From Azolla caroliniana (taxonomy: Eukaryota; Plantae; Polypodiophyta), in assembly GCA_043228905.1 (NCBI GenBank), contig JBHGNT010000018.1:11904001-11968000 (forward strand): a stretch of DNA of 64,000 bases. Direction: 5' to 3'. Below the pieces are notes generated by a model. It was given only the letters and a program-made list of their open reading frames with translations. It did no database searches and was not told where the DNA came from. Position numbers and translations under genes: made by a program. Within the stretch, counting starts at the first letter, position 1, and every line of letters starts with the position of its first letter. This document shows positions 48,386 through 60,100 of this stretch, piece after piece.

Positions 48386-51300
48386 TATCAGAACCAAGAG
48401 AGAAGATAAAATGATAGAAGAAAGATAAAAAGCTAGGAGCACCAACTGGAGACTTTGAATGTCAAATAAATCCACTTGCAAGATTCTCGTCAATGTATGC
48501 TGGAAGAACCTCAAGCTCCGTTGGTGACAGATTGTAGATCGGACCTCATGGTGGCTCTTTTCCTAGTTGTAGATCAATGGGACAATCATATGGCCGATGC
48601 TTTGGAAGTACACTAGCTTTGACTTTGTTGAAGACATCAACATATTCTTGGTACTTTTTAGGAATGTAGACCTCTGACTTCCCTTGAGTGTCACTAGAAG
48701 GTGCAACTGATATGGCAAACAAGAATAAATCTTCTTTTGCTCCTTCTTGGCATAATTGTTCTAGGGTGATGATTGAAATTTGATGAAGAGGAACAACATG
48801 TTTGGTAGAGGGTGAATTGGTAACACTATGTTTTTCAAGGAGAGGATCCTGGGTTCGACCCTTGACTACTATGTTTCCTTTTGAAGGGCACCTAATTTCT
48901 CGTCGTCTCCAATCAATTCTTGGGTTGTGTAGCTCGAACCATGGCAAACCAAGGACTATTGGATGCTTAGGGCTACGGATTATGTTAAAGGAGACCACAC
49001 ATCCTAAATCACCTAAGAGTATGTGTATCGGCTTAGACTCCTCGAATATCTTTCTAGAAGCTATGGGACGTCCATCAATCACTACTATGGAAACTGGGCA
49101 AGGAAGTTTATGCAAGGCTATTTGATGTTTTTAGGCAAAATCTCTATCCATGAAACAAGAATTGGCTCTAGTATCTAAGAGAGCTGGGACATGAAGTTGA
49201 CAACTTGGTGTCCTAACTTGTACTTGGCTTGAGAAAACTCTATTAACATGCTTGGAAGAGATGGAAGCCACACTAGGCTGTATTAAAGAGATGGAAGAGA
49301 AGGTAAAGTGATAGAAGAAAGATATAAAGAGATCACAAGAAGAGGAATGAGATGATAAGAGAAGAATGAATGTATTAAAGTAGAATAAGAATGGATACAA
49401 GATAGGTGATGAGAGCTTAAGACTGGTGTGGTAAGGTTCCAAAAGAGAGTTGTGAAAGACTGGATGAAGCCGCAAACTTGCAGGAAGATCAAGACGGAAT
49501 GTTGCATCATTAATCTGCTTCGTGATAACAAAAGGACCCAAGTGTTTATAATCTAGTTTATCACACGGTCGAGTAGTCTTTATGTGACGATGTAACAACC
49601 ATACCCGATCACCAATCTTGAATGGAGACGAAAGACAATGTCGATTTGCATGGGCCTTATGTTGGGCTTGAGCTTTCTGAAGATGTGAAGACAACTCAGA
49701 CTGAAGGTGTTGTAGTCGGTGGAGGTGTTGCTCTGCACTAGGAATTGGTAAGATCACTGGAATGTCCAAGAGACACCATTGAGGATGGTTGCCAGTATAG
49801 GCATAGAAAGGTGTGACCTTGGTAGAAGAGTGTATGGTGTTATTGTATGCAAACTCTGCAAGATGCAATATATGACTCCAATCATCTTGTTGATAACTAA
49901 TGAAACATCAAAGATACTACTCAAGTGTTTGATTTGTGTGCTCTGTTTGGCCATCAGTTTCGGGATGATATGTTGAAGAGAGTTTGCAAGAGATTCGGAG
50001 CCCGTCACATAGGTGCTTCCAAAAGTGAGAGATAAATTGTGGTCCACGATCACTAATTATGTCATTTGGAAGACCATGATGGCAAAATACTTCACGCATA
50101 ATGATATTTGTTGTTTCTTGACTATTGATGCTTTTTACGCAGGGTAGAAAATGTGCCATCTTGGTAAACCGATCCACTATGGTTAAAATAACATCAAAAC
50201 CTTGTGAAGGTGGCAGATCTGTAATGAAATCCATAGTAATTGACTGCCATGGCTTGCTCGGAGTCGGCAATGGTTGTAACAACCCGTAAGGATGATGCCT
50301 AGGCATTTTAGTTCGACAACATGTGTCACATGTGCGAACATAATCTTCAACGAATTGTTGTAAATGAGGCCACCAAAATGATCGCTTCACTAGCTCCATG
50401 GTCTTGGCAATACCAAAGTGCCCTGCCAATACGGGCATCATGACAGTGCTCCAACATTGGAAGGCGTGGTGATCCATCAGGGACATAAAGTAGATTCTTG
50501 TAGGAAAGTAAGTTATCTTGCCACTTGAACTCCTTATAGCGTCGAGATGTCCTTGGCAATGTGGAGCAAAATGCATGATTTGAACCAAGGTGGGTGAAGA
50601 CATCCTTAGCAAAATCATCAGAGTTAAGTTGTTGTCAAATAGTATCAAGAAGACTTGAATCCAATGGCGTGGCACAAACCGTGGTTGCTTGTAGCTTTGT
50701 TGGACCAAGGAGAACTTGCTTTTGATTGTCGAAAGCTGGATCTCCAAGGCGAAGTGCCAAATATGAGCGTCGAGATAGAGCATATGCTTGCCCTTGTTGG
50801 TTGCCTGGGCGGAAAATGATATTGAAATCAAAACGAGTTAAAAATTGCGCCCACCGAGCTTGTCGCCTATTTAGCACTCAAGCTGTCTGAAAATATGTAA
50901 GATTTTTGTGGTCACTATAAATGATGATTTGATGAGGCGAACCTTCCAGGCAATGTCGCCATTGCGCAAAAGAGTTGACCACAGGTAGTAACTCTTTGTC
51001 ATGCACCTCGTAGTTGATCTCCGCAACATTAAACTTTCTTGAGTGAAATGCGACTGGATGTAAGTGCCCATCTTCACTTGGTTGTGATAGGATGCTCCCC
51101 AATGCAAAGTCGGATGCATCTGCCTCAATGATAAATGGCTTTTCTGGATCAACATGAGCTAAGACAGGAGCTGATGTGAATGCCTCTTTCAATTGAGTAA
51201 AGGCTTTGTCTGCTTCAGGAGTCCAAAAAAATGCTTGATTTTTCTTGGTGAGTTGAGTAAGCCGCAATACAATCTTTGAATAATTCCATATGAATTTGCG

Positions 51301-51876
51301 GTAGAAGTTGGCAAATCTAAGGAAACACTGAACATCGCGAACGGAACTTGGAGTATGCCATTCCAAATTTGTTTGAACTTTCGTTGGATCCATGAAGATA
51401 CCTTTGGATGAAATGGTATAACCCAAGAACTCAACACCTCCACCGACTAACACCTTCAGTCTGAGTTGTCTTCACATCTTCAGAAAGCTCAGCCCAACAT
51501 AAGGCCCATGCAGATCGACATTGTCTTCCGTCTCCATTCAAGGTTGGTGATCGGGTGTGGTTGTTACACCGTCACATAAAGACTACTCGACCGTGTGATA
51601 AACTAGATTATAAATGCTTGGGTCCTTTTGTCATCACGAAGCAAATTAATGATGCAACATTCCATCTTGATCTTCCTGCAAGTTTGCGGCTTCATCCAGT
51701 CTTTCACAACTCTCTTTTGGAACCTTACCACACTAGACTTAAGCTCTCATCGCCTATCCTGTATCCATTCTTATTCTACTTTAATACATTCATTCTTCTC
51801 TTATCATTTCATTCCTCTTCTTGTGATCTCTTTATATCTTTCTTCTATCACTTTACCTTCTCTCTTGGTTCTGACA
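48386..51876 (-). mobile_element. Rearranged Gypsy-1-family insert bounded by two inverted U5 ends
   Basis: TSD CTCAC at 48381-48385 and 51877-51881; termini tatcagaaccaag...cttggttctgaca; contains RT-RH-IN (49430-51435), R-U5 (49296-49430), protease (48433-49282) and an inverted duplicate (51432-51876). Confidence 0.88.
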
Positions 51877-52039
51877 CTCACCTTCTAGTTTCCGTGGGGG
51901 TAAGAACCGCTCACTTTCCCGGTGGGGATTGCATGGGTTTCTCACTAGCGCTACTGTTTGTGCCGTGTCTTGGGTCAACCTCGACTATTTACCCTCTCAT
52001 AATAGAAGGAGTCGAGTCGACCACTTCACTTGCACTCCT

Positions 52040-52650
52040 TCGCCCGTTGTTGTTCTAGTTCTCGGTGAGGGCCGCATGGTCGCTCACGTCCGTTCGTGTT
52101 CAGTTCTCAGTGAGGGCCACATGGTCGCTCACGCCCGTTCGTGTTCGAGTTCCCTGTGAGAGTCACACATGGTCACTCACGCCCGTTCGTGTTAGTGGTC
52201 CCGGTGATGACCGCATGGTTTCTCACTCTCGTTCGTGTTCGAGTTCCCGGTGATGGCCACATGGTCGCTCACTCCCATTTGTGTTCTAGTTCCCAATGAG
52301 GGCTGCATGGTCGCTCACTCTCGTTCGTGTTCGAGTTTCCAGTGATGGCTGCATGGTTGCTCACTCATGTTTGTGTTCCAACTCCCAATGAGGTCCGCAT
52401 GGTCACCCATGCCTGTTCATGTTCCCGATGAGGACCGCACATGGTCTCTCACGTCTGTCCGTGTTCTAGTCTTCGGTGAGGGCCACACATGGTCGCTCAC
52501 ACCCGTCGACGTTCTAATCTCCGGTGAGGACCGTACATGGTCGCTCACGCCCGTCAGTGTTCCAATCTCCGGGGAGGACCGCACATGGTCACTCATGTCC
52601 ATTGGTGTTCTACTCTCATGTGAGGACAACATATGGTTCCTAACACCCTT
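52040..52650 (+). repeat. ~46-48-bp tandem repeat, about 13 copies, upstream of the PPT
   Basis: Unit like ggtgagggccgcatggtcgctcacgcccgttcgtgttcgagttccc. Confidence 0.9.
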
Positions 52651-53425
52651 CAGTGCTGCAATTCCCATCCACCCCTACACCACACTTTCGAAAAGGCAGC
52701 TGTGAAGGGGAGGATATGCCATGACACAACGATGTCAAATACGTAGTTAGTGAGGATTTAACCTACAACTCACAACTACAAGATGTCATGCATGCTTTAG
52801 TATTCTATAGTCTAGCATATAGTACATTTCAGAATCAAAATATTCTAGTTAGTAGTATATTCTAGAAATATTGTACGACATATTCTAGACGAGTATATTC
52901 TAGAGATATTGAATCTCAAAACATGTATAAATACTTGTAACCTCCTTGGTCCCTTCAAGGGATTCAACACCAGTCATTGACACATCAATCTAGTATTCTC
53001 GTTTCCCCTCATCTTTGTCTCCTTGAACTTTATTTCTGTCTTCATGCCCTTGTGTCGTTCACAATATCTAGAGTTCCTAGCCTCGTCACATCTAGCTCCA
53101 AGTTCATTCGTCGCTCGTAGCCCCCTTGCGCTCCGTCCTAGTTCGTGCTTGGTGTGTCCATGACAGACCCCTCCGGGTTTGTGCACCTCAACTCCTTTGG
53201 TCACCTTGTCTCCTTGTCCGGTTGGTCGTCATATGATTCGTCTCATCCAAATCAAGCCACTCGACCAAATCAGTTATCTCTGATTCGTTATCCTTCTTTA
53301 GACCCTTGAACACATCCGACTATGACTTGGTCCTGGCCTTTCTCTTTTGGTCGACTCTATCCTTCTTGACTCTGCCGCCTTTGCCGTATGTTCCGACTCT
53401 ATTGGATGTTTCTACTTCCTCAGTA

Positions 53426-53647
53426 CCTGAACGTTCCCTTGCCACAAGTCACATGAACACACAAGCAAGATTTACACTAACACGCAAGACACGTAAGTTT
53501 GAATGCCTTTGTGAAAGGAGAGGTGCATGGGCAAGCCTGAACGTTCCCTTGCCACAAGTCACACGAACACACAAGCAAGATTTACACTAACACGCAAGAC
53601 ACGTAAGTTTGAATGCCTTTGTGAAAGGAGAGGTGCATGGGCAAGCC
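53426..53647. repeat. 110-bp tandem duplication
   Basis: Copies start at 53426 and 53536; one mismatch seen. Confidence 0.9.
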
Positions 53648-54049
53648 CGAAATTATTTCTGTTTTCTAGCGCCAAATTTCACATGCAAGTATTTTTGGAA
53701 ATCTCTTTGGGTTAGCTTTCTTATGCATCTTGTCTTTTCTAATTTGGACATTTGACGAGGCAATTATGAGCTTTTTTCTCTACTGTGCTCCTCATATCCA
53801 CGCGTGTTTTTTTCTCTCTCCATCTTTTTGTCCACTTTTGAAAACCGCCTCTAACTTAATATTCATCATTATTTATTGTAAGGTTCAATCCTTTGACCAT
53901 TTATTTATAAGGAATTATCTTTGGAAAATGAAAAAGTATTTTTTTCTACCAATAAAGTTGACTTCACAATACTAGTTTATTTGAACTACTATTTTACTTC
54001 TTTTTAAGGGTGGTTTCACACATTGTGTTAGAAACATCACGACAACGCA

Positions 54050-54360
54050 GACGTAATGAAGTCAGACTCTCTTCTCGAGTGCGAACTTTGCTTCTTCTTC
54101 TTGGATCATGTCAGCGTCACTAGCCTTATCCTCCGTAATCGAGAGGTCGGTGTTGTCAGGGGTTAGGGTCAGAAGAGCTTACCAGGACGCTGACTCGTCG
54201 AACACAAGATTTTGGCATGGACTTGTTTGGTTTGGGGGTTATAACACTTATACCCTTCTGTTCTTGTGAGTAGCCGACCAGTATGCAATTTTTTTTCTTC
54301 GCGTCCAACTTCTTCCGCTTCTCATCCAACACATGCACGTAGGCAATGCTGTCGAATAAT
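54050..54360 (-). mobile_element. Copia integrase C-terminal fragment
   Basis: SIAYVHVLDEKRKKLDAK..CILVGYSQEQKG. Confidence 0.8.
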
Positions 54361-54368
54361 GCGTTTTT

Positions 54369-56997
54369 TGTTGAATACGGGTCTCTAATGGACGTATTCA
54401 CATTGTCTTCTTTTGTACACATTAGGCTTAGGCTATTTATGTAAATAGTGAGAAGGGTAGTTGCTATAAGCCAATCAATATATAAACTAACTTTGTAACC
54501 TAGTTAGAGCGGTCACGTTAAGTTGTAATATACTGTTGACATAATTGTCTCTCTCTCTCTTTCTGGCGTACTAGTTGGTTTCTTTTTTCTATCTTCACTA
54601 CCATATTAACAATGAACTTGCATCCATTTACGATCTTATCATAGAAGAGTGTTGACCTTGTTCCGCATTAGATGACGGTGTATCCAACATTTGGTATTAG
54701 AGCGATGTTTGTTTGATTCCATTGCCGCCATCTATCTAACCTCCATCGACAACTCTTCTCCTATACACCTTGATGATCTCGATTGGAAACTCCTCTTGAA
54801 ATCACATCTAACGAAGAGAGACAACCCCAATCTATGTTTCATTCGGCTCAACGACACTCAGGAGGACCACTTGGCTCCGTCCCTCTCATTTTTGTAGTTA
54901 CCCGAAACAAGATTGGCCTGGAGAATCGAAAAAATCGACATTTGAAATCGAACAATCGAATCCAGGTTCAACTTGACTAAGTCAGTTGATTGTAGTCACT
55001 CCGAACAAGACTCATCTAGATTCGAAACTGACACGACTTGTGTCCAACTCCAGTTAGAACGACATCGAGTGAGCCTGGCTACTGCACTCCACCATAGTTC
55101 ATAGCTGACTCCACACAAAGTCTATTAAACCAACACAGATGGCATCAACGTCCAACTCATGTCTAAGGAAGTTCGACGGATCGAACTTCCACTTCTGGAA
55201 GGAGCAGATGCAGGACTATTTAATAGTCAAGGGGCAAATTGACCCCATTGAGAATGAAGACCCTCTAGAAGGATACAAGCCGCTTGAATGGGAAAAGCTC
55301 GACAGAATCGTCTGAGCCACCATTCGGATGCACCTATCGGAGTCTGTGCACTTCACAGTGCAATCGTGTTTGACTGCCTTCCAACTATGGAAGAAACTTT
55401 TGGACACTTACGAAAAGAAGGTCGCTGCCACCAAGATATACCTGATTCGGCGCCTTTATAACCTTCGGATGAAAGAGTCCGATTCGGTCCAAGCACACCT
55501 AAACGAGTACGAAAGCTTAAGCTCCCAAATTTTGACCAAGGGGATGATTATCGAGGATGAACTAAAAGCAATGCTGCTCATGAGTAGTTTCCCTCCTTCG
55601 TGGGAAACTTTCATTACAACCGTGTGCAATGCGTCGACAGCTGCCGTCAAGTACTCCTCAGTCACGAGTGCAATTATGACTGAAGCAGCTCGGAGAAAAT
55701 CGTTTGCTTACAATTCAGCCAACAATGCTTACGTAGTACAAGGTTCGACTGACCGATCGAACAACAGTGGAAGAAGTTCTTCACGGTAGCCAAACAATCA
55801 GCGAAGTCGGAGCAAGTCCCGGTATAATCAAGTCTGCGCCTACTGCAAGAAACCCGGACACATCAATGCCGATTTCCATGCACTCAAGGCCAAAAATGAT
55901 AAGGCTCAGCGAGCCGAGCAGAAGAGTGGCCGACACGAGGAGATAAACTACATCGGCTCTTCGACCGAAGTATTGACAAACGACCTGAATATACTATCAA
56001 TTGAGAACCCAATCGAATAAGAAGTTCTGCTTATGACTGAAGAATCAAGCACATGGCTCTTAGATTCGGGTGCTTCCTTTCATGTGACTCCTCATCGATC
56101 CCAATTTCGGCAATACACGGCCCGACATTCTGATTCAGTTCGAGTAGGAAATTCACAACACTGCGACATAATTGGAATTGGCATGATAGAGCTCAACCTT
56201 GCGGGTGGCTCTACATTAGTACTACGCAATGTTCAACATGTACCTGAGCTCTCAAGACCACTGATCTCAGTCGGAAAATTGGATGAAGACGACATCCGTG
56301 CTGCCTTCTCATTAGGAGGGTGGACATTCCACAGAGGGAACCTCCTGCTTGCTCGAGAAAAAAAGATACACTCATTGTATCGTTTGCATGTCACACTCAG
56401 AGAGGGTGACCTGTTTTTGGTTGACATTCCCATGTCATCACTCTAGCACGGACGACTCGAACACCTTAGCAAGGCCGGCGTCACGCACTTATCTAGAGCC
56501 GGATACATCCCCAAACTCTCCTTATGAGATCATCAGTTCTGCGAGCATTGCCAATATGGCAAGCAGATAGTCATAACACACCCTTCATCTGCCCTGAGAG
56601 AATCGAGTCCACTCGGACGTATGTGGCCCTATGCCACATCAATCCCTCGGCGGTGCTCTATATTTCGTCAGCTTCATTGACGACTCGATTCGGAAGGTGT
56701 GGGCTTATCCGATTAAAACCAAAGATCGTGTTTTCTCGATCTTTTCCGATTGGCTCGCCATGGTTGAGAATCAGTCCGGCCGAAAACTGAAAAGCTTTCG
56801 GTCCAATAACGGGGGAGAGTTCAAATAAGAGGAATTCGTCAAATTTTGCCGACAACGCGGCATACGACGTGAATTTATGGAACCTCATAGTCCGGAGCAG
56901 AATGGAATTTCCGAGTGAATGAATTGGACAATTCAAGAATGGATAGTTTCCATGCTCCAACACTCTGTATTGTCAGATGGCTTTTGGGCAGAGGCCC
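54369..56997 (+). mobile_element. Copia element 6, 3'-truncated in integrase
   Basis: LTR 54369-54689 (TGTTG...CAACA); PBS TGGTATTAGAGC at 54692-54703; gag from ~55139; CAYCKKPGH; WLLDSGAS; FVSFIDD; ends at FWAEAL. Confidence 0.9.
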
Positions 56998-57168
56998 TGT
57001 TGGCATAAAAGGCCGACTCCTTCCAAGTTGTATCTGTCTGAGAGTGATCTCGTCAATTAGTTAGGGCTTAGTATATAAGCGAATACCTAACATTGTATAG
57101 AGTGACGAGTGGACGAGTGGAAGAGAGACGAAGAACTGATTCTCTGGTTCTGTGTATTGTATCTCAAA
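56998..57168 (+). repeat. Possible LTR 5' fragment
   Basis: Starts TGTTGG exactly where Copia-6 coding stops; TATATAA near 57073; cut off by the LINE tail. Confidence 0.4.
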
Positions 57169-60100
57169 GAGAAAGAAAGAAAGAAAGATATATTAACGTT
57201 TTCTAAGGCCAAATTTGGCCCATGAGACAATTGGTTTACAAAAAAATGAGTATTTATCCAGTCATCATAACTAAAATAAAATAAAGTAAACATAGAACTT
57301 AAGCTAAAAGAGTTCTAGTAGTGTACAATACGTGGTATACTCGATAAAGGAAGTTACTTTACACTAATCCTAATTTTATTTCCACCCAAGCCTCTTGAAA
57401 AGAAGTGGGGGGTCAAAGGGTTTTGATGTGGGTGTTACCCGTGGTTCCAATGTAGAGAGTGCCCTAGCCATGGCTTCTAGGCGGTGTAGCTCACGTTCCC
57501 TTATTTTCATTATTGCTTCCACACCACTTCGAGTTGCTTTGAAACCCGGCACCCGAGGATGTCTGGTTCTTCTTTGGTTTTTTGCCTCATCAAGGGAAAG
57601 GCCAAGTGGTGCAAGTGTGTTGACATTTGTTGTCTCCCCCTTTTCCTGAAAAACTTCATTTGTTACATAGTGGTGAACATTAGCAACATTATTGTCAACA
57701 TTTTGTAACTTATTCTCTCTGTGTTCTTTTAGCTCTAGAATGTATTTGCCTAATTTCTTTATATCTAGAGTATCTAATAGTTTGGGGAGGGTGGGAGAGG
57801 AACCAAGTATGTCTTGGTATTTTTCCCTTATCTCGACGTAGGTTGGGCACTTGCATGTAAAGTGATACTCATCCTCTATCTCTATGTGACATAACCTACA
57901 TATCCTTTCCTCCCTAGGGACTCCATTAGTATGGCCATTCTCAATCTCAAGTTGGTAAGATGATATTCTAAGTTGTCCAATGGCAACCCTTAGTGCATGT
58001 GGTAAGAATACATCTAGATATTTTGGCCGTGTGATAAAACCTAACTCAAAGAAGTGCCTAAAGTGTTCCTTATAGTACAACATTTTAGATGGGAGTGGCT
58101 CTTGTGGGGTGATCCATTTATTGTTGTTGGGGTGGGGGGTGAGGCCTAGAATGGCTTCACCCCCCTCCCAAGGGGGTTACGATAAAGAGCAAGAGATAGA
58201 GAGAAATACAAATAGAAAATGACACAAAATGAGGGGGAAAATTGTATATCCATTAGATGCCCCATAAGGGGTTTATATAATACATAATGTAACGGTAATA
58301 ATGACCGTTACACTCTTGTCACATGCACATAATTGTGCATGTGCTCACAGATACTCATTTACTTTACACATACACATCAACCACATCATTACACATACCC
58401 TTATGCCTCCTTGTATTATCTTACGGGTAACACATGGCACACCTGTGGGACAGTGCATTGCACGGTGAACCCACTTGCCATGGCAATTCTTCTTGACCGA
58501 AACTCCATCGGTCGTCTCAATGGTCGGAAATCCCTCGACCGGATCAGTGCTCTACGATCGATAACTTCGATCGGAGCTTTGCTTGACTCGAACCTTCTCG
58601 TTCGGTCAACACAAGTCGCGATTGGATCATACACCAATCGGCTAGTACAATGTGGCATGGGTCGTGAAATCGTGTTGTGCATTTGTGTATTCTTTCTTTC
58701 ATCATGTGAAGTGAGTTTAATATTTTTTACCCTTTGGTCTTAAAATTTTTTTACCCTAAGAATTTTTGAAATTTTATTTTTGGCTCTTCAATATTCAAAA
58801 TTTTGTATTCTTCCCTCCAAATTTTGAAATTTTCTCTTCATACCCCTCTTCTCTTTTGTCTTATCTCTTCATCTTTTGCTTGGTTGTCTTCGCGGTTGTC
58901 ACTCGGCCGTACTCTTGACCACGCATCACGGTCGTCCTCTCGGCCATTTGCCTCGGCTGTACTCTCGGCCACACGTCTCGGCCGTCTTATCGGCCGCTCG
59001 TGTTGGCCGTATTCTCGACCGCTCTCTCGATCGCGCCTCTCGGCCGCACGTCTTGGCCGTGTGGCTGTCCGCTCGGGATGAGCTTTACTATGGCCGCCCA
59101 CTTGCGGTGCATCTTCCATCCAGAACTTTGCGCTTGATGTGAGGCCTCATATAGTTTTGCCTGGGTTCTCTGTATCGAATTGATATCATAGAGAGACGAG
59201 TGTAGAGAGTTTGATTTTGTGGTGACATCAATGATTTCCCTCATGTATACCCTTTCTTCTTGTTCTTTTTCTTCTCTGCTTCTGTCATGCCCTCCCTCTG
59301 TCTTCTGTGGTGGTGGTGGTCATGATCATGATCATCATCTTCTTCTTCTTCTTCATTCTCTGATGATCACCTTCTTCTCCCGCCTACTGTCTGTCTTTGG
59401 CCGTCTCGGTTCGTAGGCTGTCCATAGTCGTCTCTCCGTGGGCTGTCTCTGTCGGCTCTGTCCGGCAGCCACGTATGGGACCCTTTGTTCGACGGTTGTC
59501 ACTGTTTCTCCGGTCGTTCTCTGTCGGACGTCGGCCGATGCTGTCTGGTTCACTGGTCGGCTCGGCTGGCCGGCTCTGCTTGTGACCGTTTGCCGTCGGT
59601 CGGCTGTGTCCAACGGTCTCCGCCTTCTGGCCATGGTCGTTTTTCTATTCAGCCGTGCCTTTCTGGCCGTCTGACCGGCTTTGCCGTCGCCGATTGTCGG
59701 TTGTCGTCGTTCATTGTTTGCCGAATGTCTCTAGGTTGTCGCGGTCTATTTGGCTGACCGTCTCTTTGTTCGGTTGGCTATTAGACCTTCTGTCCGGCCG
59801 TTGCCATCGCCGTTCGTCGGTTGCTGGTTGCTGGACCTTCGTTTTACCAGCTGTCTCACAGACTGTCCGACAGCCTCTTCCGGCTGGCCATGGCCGTATG
59901 TTCAGCCGTGGATGTGCACACCACATGGCTATGGCCACCATCCTTTTCATTTGCTTCTACTCAGACAAAAGCAACTCTTTCACCTCTAGCATATGGACAC
60001 CGCTCTTCATCATCTCTGCGTACTAGTCCAACATGTCTCAGAAAAGGAATTTTGAGAGACTTGGAACTTCATGAAAACTTCATGACTTTCGTCAAGAGCT

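Larger units (their letters stand above)
47513..53165 (+). mobile_element. Non-autonomous self-priming Gypsy-type LTR element (about 2.16 kb without its insert)
   Basis: LTRs 47513-48013 and 52717-53165; TSD GACCC; PPT gaaggggagga at 52704-52714; PBS TTGAATCCCTT (48016-48026) complementary to LTR 47799-47809; non-coding interior. Confidence 0.92.
47100..53425 (-). mobile_element. 3' fragment of a Copia-2/3-lineage element (47100-47512 and 53171-53425), split by the LTR element at 47513-53165
   Basis: Minus-strand PPT cttgagggggag followed by an LTR start TGTTGA at 47426; tail motif SDVFKGLK at ~53300; left boundary approximate. Confidence 0.75.

Noticed and set aside
53426-53647. 110-bp duplication as TRIM LTRs
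   Set aside because: The copies are directly adjacent, with no TG..CA ends, PBS or PPT.
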